Assembly: GCA_002269645.1 (NCBI GenBank)
Contig: NIVC01000114.1
Location: forward strand, 186,001-250,000
Direction of reading: 5' to 3'
DNA: 64,000 nucleotides
Origin: Macrostomum lignano
Lineage: Eukaryota
In this document: positions 51,975 through 62,965 of the stretch, one piece after another
Layout of the letters: every line of letters starts with the position of its first letter
How positions within the stretch are numbered: position 1 is the stretch's first letter
Position numbers and translations under genes: made by a program
The notes under the pieces: model-generated
The model's input: the letters and a program-made list of their open reading frames with translations, nothing else
Databases searched by the model: none
What the model was told of the DNA's origin: nothing

Positions 51975-52369
51975 ATGACTACAAATAACTTTCTTGAAGA
52001 TTTGGCTAACTAACTGGAAATCCCAAACTTTAGAGGAATATTTATGAGGGACACTCTGCCAGATTTTCCTCTAAGAAAGGAATGCGGCATCATGAACTTT
52101 GACACCACCGATAAACCAGGATCTCATTGGGTTTTCTGGGTGATTGATCCCGATCGCAAGCACAAATGTTATTACTTCGATAGCTATGGGACGGCAGTAC
52201 CAGAAGAGCTAAGATATGAAGGGAAAAAATAAAAAAAAATTATCGCTCAGACTTTATTCTCCAAGGTCTTAGCAGTGATATTTGCGGTGAGCTGTGCATG
52301 ACTGTTTTGTATGCAATGACCAAAACACGAAAGACCTACAAGGAAATTATTCTTGGTTGTGTTTCATAG
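51975..52369 (+). pseudogene. Adenain-like cysteine (maturation) protease
   Basis: FRGIFMRDTLP, GSHWV (catalytic H), YFDSYG (D) and, after a frameshift, QGLSSDICGELC (Q, C); TAA at codon 13. Confidence 0.93.
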
Positions 52370-52373
52370 GGGT

Positions 52374-53041
52374 TCATTGTGCATTTCTCGTCGTCCTTCT
52401 TGCCGAATTTCTTGCCGACTTTCTTTCCACATAATGTTGAAGAAAGTTATCGAGTTCATTTCTCAGCTGACTCATGTCATCAGTACCGACCATGTTCAAA
52501 TTCATTCGAATTGATTGTTCATAAAGATCCTGAATGGTTTTGAACTCATCCTCTGAAATGGACTTATCCTCGATTGCCCTTGAAATGTACCCTATGATTG
52601 AAGTGTGCACCCCTTTCTCTTTTACTTGCTTCTCCTGTAGCTGCTTTAGTTTTTTTCGCCTGTTTCGCGCTACTGCTCCAGTAATTGCTGAAATAAGTCC
52701 ACATGCAGCACCTACTGAACCAAGTGGAATTGCGATTGGGACTGTGATGGCTGGCAACACTGAGACAGCTGCAGCAGACCCAGTTAGAACAGACACAGAT
52801 CCTAGAATCATATTGCTGTAGTCGAAAAAATTACAGTGGCTATTATAGCGCTTAATTTTCTTTGTGTTGTGGAAAGTATTTTTTCAAGATCATCGCGCAT
52901 TTTTTGAATCTCCACCAGTCGAAACTGCTGAGAGTTACATGTGATGACGGGGTAGAGTTTTTGCTGCTCATATTGGGATGCACTAGGTGCTGTGGGTGCT
53001 GTGGGAGCGTTCGGATCATAAAGATAATTTTGAGCATCCAT
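52374..53041 (-). pseudogene. GasderminX-like / DUF-type hydrophobic membrane protein of adintoviruses
   Basis: LYP...QQFRLVEIQKMRDDLEK, then (after a frameshift) a G/A-rich hydrophobic hairpin and RAIEDKSISEDEFKTI. This layout is typical of the family; recognised by pattern only. Confidence 0.7.
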
Positions 53042-53290
53042 TTTTTAGGGAATTTTTAAAAAAAATCGACAACTAGTTGGTGGTGGTTAGATTTGTTTTA
53101 CGTTTGGTTACTTTGTCTGCAGTGACGGCAACGGGTCTATTCGAATCTGCCTATTCATTGTCTGTGAGCTCCATTCTACGTCTGATCTCAAACAAGTCGG
53201 TTGGATCACTTATTTCCCTTGTGGTCTGTGGTGCCTCTTCAGCGTCAATGTTTTTGAGATTATGCAAGCGCTCAAGACGACCGATTCTTC

Positions 53291-53644
53291 TCACCGATTT
53301 CTGCCATTCGGTAAAATTAAATCTACAAAGACTTTATTTGCAGTAATTCTTACTTTGATTTGATCATGCAACGCTGTTGACTGAGTCATGAACTCTTCTA
53401 AATTCCTCACTTTAACTGTGTTTGTGAAAACTCCTTCTTCAAGAATGCGCATCCGCCTATCAATGGAGTTTCTCAGAAGATTAATTTTCGATGTCAACCC
53501 GTAGATTTGCGAGACCGCCGAAGTTATTTCTGACCTAAGTTCATTAGTTGCGTGTACAACCTGTACATAAAGCTTATCACTTTCAAACTTCTGCCTGGCT
53601 ACTTTTATGCGGAGATCTTCTATGTTTATCTGTAGCTGGTGCAT
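53291..53644 (-). CDS. Hypothetical coiled-coil protein of the Polinton (probably longer before decay)
   Basis: 117-aa ATG ORF with heptad-like composition, co-oriented with its neighbours. Confidence 0.5.
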   Translation of the reverse strand: MHQLQINIEDLRIKVARQKFESDKLYVQVVHATNELRSEITSAVSQIYGLTSKINLLRNSIDRRMRILEEGVFTNTVKVRNLEEFMTQSTALHDQIKVRITANKVFVDLILPNGRNR

Positions 53645-53812
53645 GGAGCGCTCTAATGGTTTCAGTCTGTTTTTATTCAGTTTGATCTCTGGGATCTCTT
53701 CGTCGCTGTTGATATATCGCCTGTCTAGGATGGATATTTGAGCTGATGTAAGAGCGTTGTTGCCAGAAATGGATCACCTGCAAAACTGATAGAAATCTTT
53801 TAATAGCAAATT

Positions 53813-54613
53813 TTAAATTACAGTTCTTTTTTCTTTGCTGATAATCACAAACTGGTAAGGTTGATTCCACTTGTCATAGCAAAGATTAACGAATTCCTCC
53901 TGTGAAATCTTTCTGTTTGAGTTTTTTGTTGGATTTATAAAATAGGCAGGCGCAATGACCTCATTCTAAAATCTTTTTAAACTGTCCTGTGGAATGGTTT
54001 GAAACAGGAGAATCAGATTGCAGTTCCCACGAATTGTTTTGTTTGGGAGCTCGAACCAATTCTGTGCAATGTAAATTACATTACAATTGTTATGTCGTCC
54101 TCTTGTAAAATAGTTTTCTATCTGCTTCTGTGGGCCTGTCATACAATCATCAAAGACGATCAAATGTTTTCTCCCCTTTTCTACCTCATCTGGTTGGAGT
54201 AGAAGTTTGGTCTTTGGATCAGCATGTGGATCTCCATAGGTGAACACCTTAATGTTCTGCCATTTTTCATTGTCTTTGAGGTGCTTTGCATATTCAGCAG
54301 CTACAATTTCTGGGTTACTGGGAAGGTTTTGTTGGTTATTTAAACATGCAATAATGTCCACTTTATGCAGTTTGTTTTGCAATCCAGAAATCAGCATTTT
54401 ATACTCATCTTGATACAGTGTGGGAGAGTAGATGTGCAGAGTGTCATAGTCGATAAAGCCAGGTCTAAGAAGCATGTTAAAGACTTTGAATGTTTTACCT
54501 GAACCTGATGAACCAACAACAATGCATCTGAAGTGACTCGGGATTGACTCATGATGAGAAAACTTAATCTGATTACGCGTCCAGTGAGGATTGAAGTCGT
54601 TTGAAAAGTCCAT
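53813..54613 (-). pseudogene. FtsK/A32-like DNA packaging ATPase
   Basis: Walker A GSSGSGKT, Walker B LIVFDD, TRGRHNN, IAQNWF, IRGNCN. One in-frame TAG at 53966-68, then 51 further codons ending EFVNLCYDKWNQPYQFVII...VI*. Confidence 0.95.
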
Positions 54614-54654
54614 TTTTTATGATAAAAATTTTTTTAAATAATAAATCATTTAGA

Positions 54655-54735
54655 TGTGTCGTTTTGGGACTTGGATGTGTCATTTTGGGACTTAAATGTG
54701 TCATTTTGGGACTTGGATGTGTCATTTTGGGACTA
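54655..54735. repeat. 21-bp tandem repeat x4 (ATGTGTCATTTTGGGACTTGG) upstream of the ATPase
   Basis: Directly visible in an intergenic spacer. Confidence 0.85.
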
Positions 54736-54776
54736 GTCTTGTACCTTTACATTTCTTGTACCCTCGGAAAGTACCT

Positions 54777-55166
54777 TTAGTCAAATTTGAAACCACTTCC
54801 TTTTTTAATGCTAGCTCTCATCTTCTCATAGACTGCAAGGTCCACACTGTCTGTATTTGAGGCCAGCGGAGCCAGCGGGGCCAGTGCAGGTTGAATCTTT
54901 TGTTTAGGTGTTACAGTATCCTTTATTTTTTTGGCTGCTGTGGCTACACTGCCAGCCGCTTCGGCAACGTTCTTGATGTTCTCTTTGTTCTCTCCAATGA
55001 CCTTAAAAATCTTGGCCCCCTGAGCGATCAAATCGGCAAGGCCATTCCCAGAGCGTTCTTTTCTTGGATAGTGGCCTGCAGGGAAAAGTCCAGATCCGCG
55101 TTTCATGAGATTAAGTTCCTCTTTGTCATAGTATTTGTCAATGTCTTTTTCGAAAATAAGTGGCAT
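54777..55166 (-). CDS. Small basic Polinton protein with repeated GxG motifs (putative virion core precursor)
   Basis: Intact 129-aa ORF containing KRGSG-LF, RSGNG-LA and KKGSG-FK. Confidence 0.6.
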   Translation of the reverse strand: MPLIFEKDIDKYYDKEELNLMKRGSGLFPAGHYPRKERSGNGLADLIAQGAKIFKVIGENKENIKNVAEAAGSVATAAKKIKDTVTPKQKIQPALAPLAPLASNTDSVDLAVYEKMRASIKKGSGFKFD

Positions 55167-55914
55167 TTTTTACTTGAAATAAATTGTGTTTGTTGAACCG
55201 CGAAAGCAGAAGCTCTCTCGCCCTCTTATCGATGTATTTTCTCTTAAGCATTTTGTCCAGGATGTTGACAAATTCTTTTCTATTCTCGTCTTTCATTCCA
55301 GTCTTTGCCGCTCCTAGAAGAACCGCTACTCGCTTGTAGATTTCAGAAATTCCTTTTCCAGTTGAGGGCGGTTGGTCTTGGGGTTGTGGAGTTGGTTGGG
55401 CTTGTAGCTGCTGGGGAGGTGATGCAAAAGACTGCTCACTTTCAGAGATAGAACTGTCATGTGGTGCCTGTCTTTGTTGAGGTGTGAAAACTCTTTGATT
55501 GATTCTATTCATTCGATCTGGGGAGATATTTTCTAGTTGTTGCCAGGCATCTGGGTGATCATTTTTATATTTAGCTACTTGAGCCGGATCTGCATTTTCC
55601 AGTTTCCTGAGTACTTCTGTAAAATTTTGTTGCTGTGGTTGTGGTTGTTGTTGTTGCTGTTGTTGTGGTTGCTGCTGTGGTTGTTGTTGTGGTTTTGGTT
55701 GTTGTCTTATGACCTCTTCTTGATCCGGCAAACCAAACCATTGTTTAAAGTATTTGTATTTTCTAAACCTGTTCAAGACAATCCCGTTTTCATGTAAAAT
55801 TTTCAAAACACCGTTGTTCTTGAGCATATCTACGTCCCTATCGAGAGCAAAGGTAACAAGATCTTTGTAATTTTTGAGCTGCTTTTCAGACGTTTTCTCT
55901 AGATTTTTAGTCAT
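55138..55914 (-). CDS. Gln/Pro-rich Polinton protein (258 aa) with a conserved-looking C-terminal helical motif
   Basis: Open ORF; the C-terminus ISEIYKRVAVLLGAAKTGMKDENRKEFVNILDKML resembles the R..LL.G...G....E...I...L motif seen in Polinton ORFs. Confidence 0.6.
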   Translation of the reverse strand: MTKNLEKTSEKQLKNYKDLVTFALDRDVDMLKNNGVLKILHENGIVLNRFRKYKYFKQWFGLPDQEEVIRQQPKPQQQPQQQPQQQQQQQPQPQQQNFTEVLRKLENADPAQVAKYKNDHPDAWQQLENISPDRMNRINQRVFTPQQRQAPHDSSISESEQSFASPPQQLQAQPTPQPQDQPPSTGKGISEIYKRVAVLLGAAKTGMKDENRKEFVNILDKMLKRKYIDKRARELLLSRFNKHNLFQVKNATYFRKRH

Positions 55915-55919
55915 GTACT

Positions 55920-57060
55920 AGCAATCTACGCCCCCCGTTGGGGAGCCAAAGAAATGCAATGCACGTTTTTTTAATAAGCTACATGTATCCTTGAAATCCT
56001 AAAAAAATCTCCTGTCAAATCTTGTAAGCCTTGACATGTCAGTAATCCCCCCAACAAGCTTTAACATATCAACTTCCCCCCTTGACATCTCAGCAATGCC
56101 CCCAATAAGCCTTGGAAATATAAAAATATCTGTCAACCTTCTAACCCTAACGCTAGCCTAACCCTAACCCTGACCCTAACCCTAACCCCAACCCTAAGCC
56201 TAACCCTAACCCTAACCCTAACCCAACCCTAACCCAACCCTAAAGCATTGAAATTTCAGTAATTCTCTCTAAGAGTCATTATAGCACTACTACAGCATTA
56301 TAGCGATTCCCTGCAAGCCTCAACATCGTAGGGATTCCCAAATTTCTTAAAAAATCTCTTAACTTCGACATGAAGCTTCTTTTATTTTTTACATTACGCT
56401 TTTTTTATCAGCAGTCCCTCCCCTGAGGAGGCATCAAATAATGTAATAAAAAGTTTTCAATAAACTACATGTAGCTTCTGACTTTAGCCTTGAAATCTCA
56501 TTTATACCCCCGTGAGCTTTGAGATCTCAGCTATTCCCCCCGTAAGCCTTGACATGTCAGCGATGGCCCCCATAAACCTTGAAATCTAAAAAATCCCCTG
56601 TTAACCTTGAAACCCGATAAAATATAACCCTCAACCCACACCTGACCTAAACCTAACTTTAACCCAACCTAAAGCCTTGAAATCTCAGCAATTCTTCTCC
56701 CCTAAGCCTAGACATTTTAGTGATTCCTTCTTTAAGAATCACAGCACTATAACGATTTCCACCAAGCTTTGACATCGTTGCAATTCCTAAATGAATCTTT
56801 TAACTTTGACATGACTTTTATTTTGTGTATAAATAGTGCTACTTTTATTTTTACATGACTCTTCTTCTATCAGCGCCCCCCGTGGCGAGCCAACAAATAA
56901 TGCAATAAAAAATTGAGTAAAGTACATGAACTTTGAAGTAGCTTCTGACTTGCTTTGACATCTCAGAACCCCCCCCCCCCGTAATCTCAGCTTCTGACTT
57001 TTGCTTTGACATCTCAGAAACCCCCCCGTAATCTCAGTTATTCTCTGACAGCCTTTACGT
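55920..57060. repeat. ~500-bp tandem module (about 2.2 diverged copies) at the right end of the Polinton gene array
   Basis: Blocks recur in order, e.g. CCTTGAAATC(C)TAAAAAATC.CCTGT, AGCA.TATA.CGATT.CC, TATCAGC..CCC.CC..G..GAG.C.ACAAATAATG.AATAAAAA, GTAGCTTCTGACTT. Confidence 0.75.
56141..56243. repeat. Interstitial telomere-like (TAACCC)n block, ~17 units
   Basis: Mostly perfect TAACCC with variants; a more decayed block sits at ~56625-56670 in the next module copy. Confidence 0.9.
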
Positions 57061-57189
57061 CTCAGTTTTTCTCCCCAGCACAGCATTATAGCTGCATTTA
57101 ATTTTTACATGACACACTTCATGTCTGACATGTCGCTTCTTTTATCCTACCATGATGCTTCTTGATTTTTTAAATGACACTTTCATTAG

Positions 57190-59350
57190 TTTTTAAATGA
57201 GGCTCCTATGATTTTTTCATGACGCTTCTATGATTTTTACATGATTCTTCTATGATTTTTTATATGACGCTTCTATGATTGTTTATATGACGCTTCTATG
57301 CTTTTTACATGACGCTTCTATGATTTTTTTACATAACGCTTCGATGATTGTTTACATGACGCTTCTATGATTTTTTTACATAACGCTTCGATGATTGTTT
57401 ACATGACGCTTCTATGATTGTTTACATGACGCTCTATGCTTTTTGCATGACGCTTCTATGATTTTTTACATGACGCTTCTATGATTATTTCATGACGCTT
57501 CTACGATTTCTGCAGGACGCTTCAATGATTTTTACATGACTCTTCTATGATTTTTACATGACGCTTCTATGATTTTTATATGTCGCTTCTATGATTGTTT
57601 ATATGACGCTTCTATGATTGTGTACATGACGCTTCTATGATTGTTTATATGACGCTTCTATGATTGTGTACATGACGCTTCTATGATTGTTTACATAAAG
57701 CTTCTATGATTGTTTATATGACGCTTCTATGCTTTTTACATGACGCTTTTATGATTTTTTTACATGACGCTTCTATGATTGTTTACATGACGCTTCTATG
57801 ATTGTTTACATGAAGCTTCTATGATTGTTTATATGACGCTTCTATGATTGTTTATACGACGCTTCTATGATTTTTACATGACGCTTCTATGATTTTTTAC
57901 ATGACGCTACTATGATTTTTACATGACGCTTCTATGATTTTTACATAAAGCTTTTATGATTTCTTACATGACGCTTCCATTATTTTTTTAATGACGCTTC
58001 TATGATTTTCACATGACGCTTCTATGATTTTTTACATGACGCTTCTAAGATTTTTTACATGACGCTTCTATGATTTTTTACATGACGCTTTTATGATTTT
58101 TTACATGACGCTTCTATGATTTTTTACATGACGCTTTTATGATTTTTGACATGACGCTTCTAAGATTTTTTACATGACGCTTTTATGATTTTTTAAATGA
58201 CGCTTCTATGATTATTTCATGACGCTTCTATGATTTCTGCAGGACGCTTCAATGATTTTTACATGACGCCTCAATGATTTTTACATGACGCTTCTATGAT
58301 TTTTACATGACGCTTCTATGATTTTTTATATGACGCGTCTATGATTGTTTACATGACGCTTCTATGCTTTTTACATGACGCTTTTTTTGATTTTTTTACA
58401 TGACGCTTTTATGATTGTTTATATGACGCTACTATGATTGTTTCATGACGCTTCTATGATTTTTTACATGACGCTTCTATGAATTTTACATGACGCTTCT
58501 ATGATTGTTTATATGACGCTTCTCTGATTTTTTTATGACGCTTCTATGATTTTTTCATGACGCTTCTATGATTTTTTACCTGACGCTACTATGATTTTTA
58601 CATGACGCTTCTATGATTGTTTACATGACGCTCCATGATTTTTTCATGACGCTTCTATGACTTTTTAGATGACGCTTCGATGATTGTTTACATGAAGCTT
58701 CTATAATTTTTTACATGACGCTACTATGATTTTTACATGACGCTTCTAAGATTTCTTACATGACGCTTCCATTATTTTTTTCATGACGCTTCTATGACTT
58801 TTTAGATGACGCTTCTATGATTGTTTACATGACGCTTCTATGATTGTTTACATGAAGCTTCTATGATTGTTTATATGACGCTTCTATGATTGTTTATACG
58901 ACGCTTCTATGATTTTTTACATGACGCTTCTATGATTGTTTATATGACGCTTCTATGCTTTTTACATGACGCTTCTATGATTTTTTACATGACGCTACTA
59001 TGATTTTTACATGACGCTTCTATGATTTCTTACATGACGCTTCCATTATTTTTTTCATGACGCTTCTATGACTTTTTAGATGACGCTTCTATGATTGTTT
59101 ACATGACGCTTCTATGATTGTTTACATGAAGCTTCTATGATTGTTTATATGACGCTTCTATGATTGTTTATACGACGCTTCTATGATTTTTACATGACGC
59201 TTCTTTAATTTTTACATGACGCTTTTATGATTTTTTACATGACGCTTCTAAGATTTTTTACATGACGCTTCTATAATTTTTTACATGACGCTTCTAAGAT
59301 TTTTTACATGACGCTTTTATGATTTTTTACATGACGCTTCAATGATTTTT
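57190..59350. repeat. ~2.2-kb satellite, 21-22 bp unit (TTTTACATGACGCTTCTATGAT)
   Basis: About 100 head-to-tail copies with no unique spacers. Confidence 0.97.
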
Positions 59351-59689
59351 TAGTTTTCTTGGCGTTAAAAAGCTTTAATTAAAAAACTCCACTCTTTCAA
59401 AATTCGAACCATTGTCCCTGCATTTAGCAGTTCAGTCTGTTTACTCCAAGCATAGAGTAAATCACACGAGGCAGTTATGATATAATCAATTTCTCAGTCA
59501 GTCAGTATCAGTTAACAATATGGTTAGGCAATCTAAATCAAGTCTGGTGCTACGCTTCCACACTGCATTTTCAATACTGTGACGCAATTCAAGTCGCAGT
59601 TACAATTCAGTTATGATGCAATCTATTTCAGAATCAGAATTCAACCAGTCAGTTTTTTCTCTAGCATTCTTACAATGCATTTCAAGTCG

Positions 59690-59890
59690 AAAAGTTTGCT
59701 TGACCTTTGCAAAAAAGCATGTTTTTCGAATATTTAATCACTTTAAAATGGAGCAATTTCTTAGCCAAGATGCATGTACCGTCACGGGAAAATTTCTGAT
59801 CGAACAGTGCAAGTTCGAAGAAAATCGGTCCAGCCATTTTTTCTCTAATCGATTGCGTACAAACAAGCAAGATTTTCATTTTTAGTATAT
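59690..59890 (-). mobile_element. Helitron-like/SINE-like non-autonomous repeat fragment ending at (GAA)n; related copy at ~63270-63490 ending at (GAT)n
   Basis: Both copies share TTTTTCGAATATTTAA...GCAAGTT.GAA.AAAATCGGT.CAG.CATT...AGTATAT and then a microsatellite. Confidence 0.55.
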
Positions 59891-60234
59891 GGAGAAGAAG
59901 AAGAAGAAGAAGAAGATGGAGAAGAAGAAGATAATCTAGTAAAGTTTTAGTAAACTGGACTAGCCATTTAGCCCCCCTCCGGGTGTCTTCTTAGCAGTTT
60001 AGTGCTTGTCTATAAGCAGTTTTGCTCAGTCGCTGAGCAAATCTCACTAATCTCCGAGCAGTTCTGCAGTAGCAAATCTCTAAGCAGTTGTACACCAATT
60101 TTACTGAGACTAAAAAGTTCTAAAAAGTTACATTTCTTAATTTTTGAAACTTTGCAATGTCAATTCATTTATAGTTCTTTTAATGATTGTTCCTTATTTT
60201 CAAATCCTCACCAGGTTAGCACTATTCTCCCACA

Positions 60235-60635
60235 TTAGCCCTACACCCCCAAATTAGCCCCACTTCCCCCAGATTAGCACTACTCCCCCCATATTAGCCG
60301 CACACCCCCAGATTAGCCCCACTTCCCCCAGATTAGCACTGCGCCCAGATTAGCACTACGCCCAGATTAGCACTGCGCCCAGATTAGCACTGCGCCCAGA
60401 TTAGCACTCAGCCCAGATTAGCACTCAGCCCAGATTAGCACTCAGCCCAGATTAGCACTCAGCCTAGATTAGCACCGCTCCACAGATTACCGCCGCTTCC
60501 CAGATAGTTTCACCTTAACAGATTAGCACTACTTCTCCAGATTCGCACCACTCCGCAAAAATTCGCACCGCTACTTCCTCCAGATTAGCCCCAATCCCCC
60601 AGATTAGCCCCAATCCCCCAGATTAGCCCCCCCAC
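60235..60635. repeat. 17-bp minisatellite (CAGATTAGCACTGCGCC and variants)
   Basis: Directly visible. Confidence 0.9.
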
Positions 60636-61568
60636 TCCTTTATATTAGCACCACTCCCAAACTGCTAAAAGGTGACTACTATTATCGCCTCAGAAGTTTA
60701 AAGTTAAACCCTCCCCAGAAATTGGCTGTTATCCCCACAACAACCTGAAGTTATCCCTTCTAATTCCGCAAAACAGACTGCAGTCATACAACTCATTTGC
60801 ACTCTACAACTTTTATTATTATTATTCATTTATCCCTCAGGGACCCAGAATTGTCCCTTCTGCAAGCTACAATTATTCACAGTTAGATATCCTCCTCAGA
60901 AGTCTGCCATTATTATCCTAGCAGTCTGCAGCTATCCACTCGGCAGTTTGCAGCTTATACGCTCATAAGTCTCGACTCGAGAAACTAACCAACGTCAGCA
61001 GTTTGCAGTTTGTCCCCTTTGCAGTCTGCAATGATCTCTTCAACAATCTGCAGTTCCCCTCAGTAGTCTGCAGTCAATTCATTTGCAGTCAGCAAGTGTT
61101 TCCTTAATAATTCTCATTTATCCCCTCAGTAGTCTGCAGTTCTCTCAGCTGGCCCCTCAGTATTCTCAGCAGACTGCAATGATCTTTTCAATTATTTAAA
61201 AATTTGTTCAGCATTTACGACGGCGCACTAATCAATTTTCGATACATATTGGCAGTCTTGCGCAACTCAGCATTTAGCAATACCTCAGCAGTTTAGCAGC
61301 ATCGTCTACTGCAATGATCCTTTCAACAATGTAGAAATTAGCTCAGCATTTTATGGCTAACTAATCGATTTTCAATACATATCGGCAATCTCTTGCACCA
61401 CTCAGCATTTAGCAATACCTCAGCAGTTTAGCAGCATCATCTGCAGTTTAGTAATTTAATCCCCTGCAGTTTACTAATATCTACTTCTATAGACCTAGAT
61501 AATAACAATTAATGGGATCTTAGGATTTTACAAATCAAATCAAATTTGTTTAGTGGCTTGTGCGAGTA

Positions 61569-62757
61569 TGTGATAAATAGGCAATTAGATAATAGCATGC
61601 ACGGTAAGCAATTATTTAGGCCCTAGACAAACCTACTTGGAGCGTTCGAAGATTTTAAAGCTATTAATCCTAATCGCCTATCGCCGGTCGGCGAGTCCTA
61701 CCAGTCTTTCTCCAATAGCCGCAGGTACAGTACAAGAAAATAAAGAACACGAGGGAACACAAACCGAAAGATTTAGAGAGTGATAATCCTATGTGATACA
61801 AACTGATAATTGGCTAGACGATTTAATTTGATTACTCAAGTTACAGGATTCAAGCAATTCGCGACGCAGATAATTAGACTGATGATAACGAATAGTAACG
61901 ATTAATAATAATGATTATATTACGCACTGACAAGCGGATCTCAGCTTGAAGAAGAAGAAGGAGGCACGGAACACAGGACCACGGAGAAAGACTCCTAACC
62001 CCTGGCCGAAGCCAGAACCTACTCTCAAACGAGAGCCCTGCCGAACCGACCGTTCAACGGAGTACCGACTAAATTCTATCGGCACTGCCCTTCAGTGTAA
62101 CACTGAGGCCCTCGGGATCGAGGCCGCGTACTTGATCAGATCCGACAGTCTCTATCTAACCGCGCTTGATAGCGACGACTTCAGACAGGAATTTGCCGTA
62201 GACGTTACGCCACAAGACTAAAGCGGTTGGGCGGGAACAAAGATATGGACCGGGGTGATGAAATCAGGCGCCTCAAAGCGCGAACCAACAAGAGAGGAGA
62301 AATCGGGCCACCGGCCGGGAACTGGACAAGACAAAACCGGGGAAAGGGAGAGAGCGAGATCCGACTGCCAAAACACACTTTCATTTATAGTCAGAGTCAC
62401 AACCCCTCAAAACCCCCCTCAAGCCGGGTGGTGGTCGTCTGGCCGGCCGCTTGCTTAAGCCGAATTGCACTGTGCCCGCGGCGCCGGGTAGAATTGAAAC
62501 TTGCCGCGTGCCAGGGTCCAGGCCGGTTCTGATTGGCTGGCTGCGCAAAGCTGGGGTTCGCAGAAAAACTCAACCCTCCGCTGAGTCACAAATGGCGTCT
62601 GACTTCTAGCCTGTTTACGCAAAATTGATTCTAACTAACAAGGAAAAAGTACACCAAAAACGTATGACTAAACTAAAGCAAAATAACAATTCAATAACAA
62701 TAATGCAAAACCTAACTAATAGAAAACAAGGCTATCGCAAAAGATGCTCACACTACA
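61569..62757 (-). mobile_element. Solo LTR (1189 bp) with 4-bp TSD
   Basis: TG..CA ends, AGTA on both sides (61565-68, 62758-61), highly similar to 43339-44515. Confidence 0.9.
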
Positions 62758-62874
62758 AGTAGCAAAAATAATTTATTGTAATTAATAAAAAAATTAATTA
62801 CAATTAATAAAAAAATGTTCAAAATAGTCCTGGCAGAAGCTACTAATGAATGAATTTATTTAATTTTAATTATC

Positions 62875-62965
62875 CACCGGGGAGGCGGACTCGAACCTTG
62901 GACCTTATGCCTATCCTAAACCTAGTCCTAGTGCCTACACTGCGGCTATTCCGCCTACTGATCGG
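62875..62965 (-). mobile_element. tRNA-derived SINE head / tRNA pseudogene
   Basis: B box GGTTCGAGTCC and an A-box-like TAGCCGCAGTG on the minus strand; no proper cloverleaf. Confidence 0.4.

Larger units (their letters stand above)
45210..57060. mobile_element. Decayed Polinton/Maverick (adintovirus-like) endogenous viral element
   Basis: Compact, intronless, AT-rich gene array: PLA2, rve integrase, pX-like, PolB, adenain, GasderminX-like, ATPase. Boundaries approximate; TIRs and 6-bp TSD not found; no capsid genes recognised. Confidence 0.92.

Noticed and set aside
56141-56243. True chromosome end
   Set aside because: Short, degenerate, internal, and embedded in a repeating module.
45210-57060. 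Major/minor capsid genes and terminal inverted repeats of the Polinton
   Set aside because: Looked for by eye and not recognised; no ORF or broken frame of suitable length remains unassigned, and no AG/AGT-type TIR pair was seen.
57190-59350. CRISPR-like array
   Set aside because: Units are head-to-tail with no unique spacers, there are no cas genes and the context is eukaryotic; it is a satellite. The same applies to 1-470, 1085-1530 and 11590-12640.
43339-62757. One giant LTR retrotransposon carrying a Polinton as cargo
   Set aside because: The right LTR has its own AGTA TSD, the left LTR's PBS points away from the interval, and there is no shared outer TSD and no gag-pol between them.
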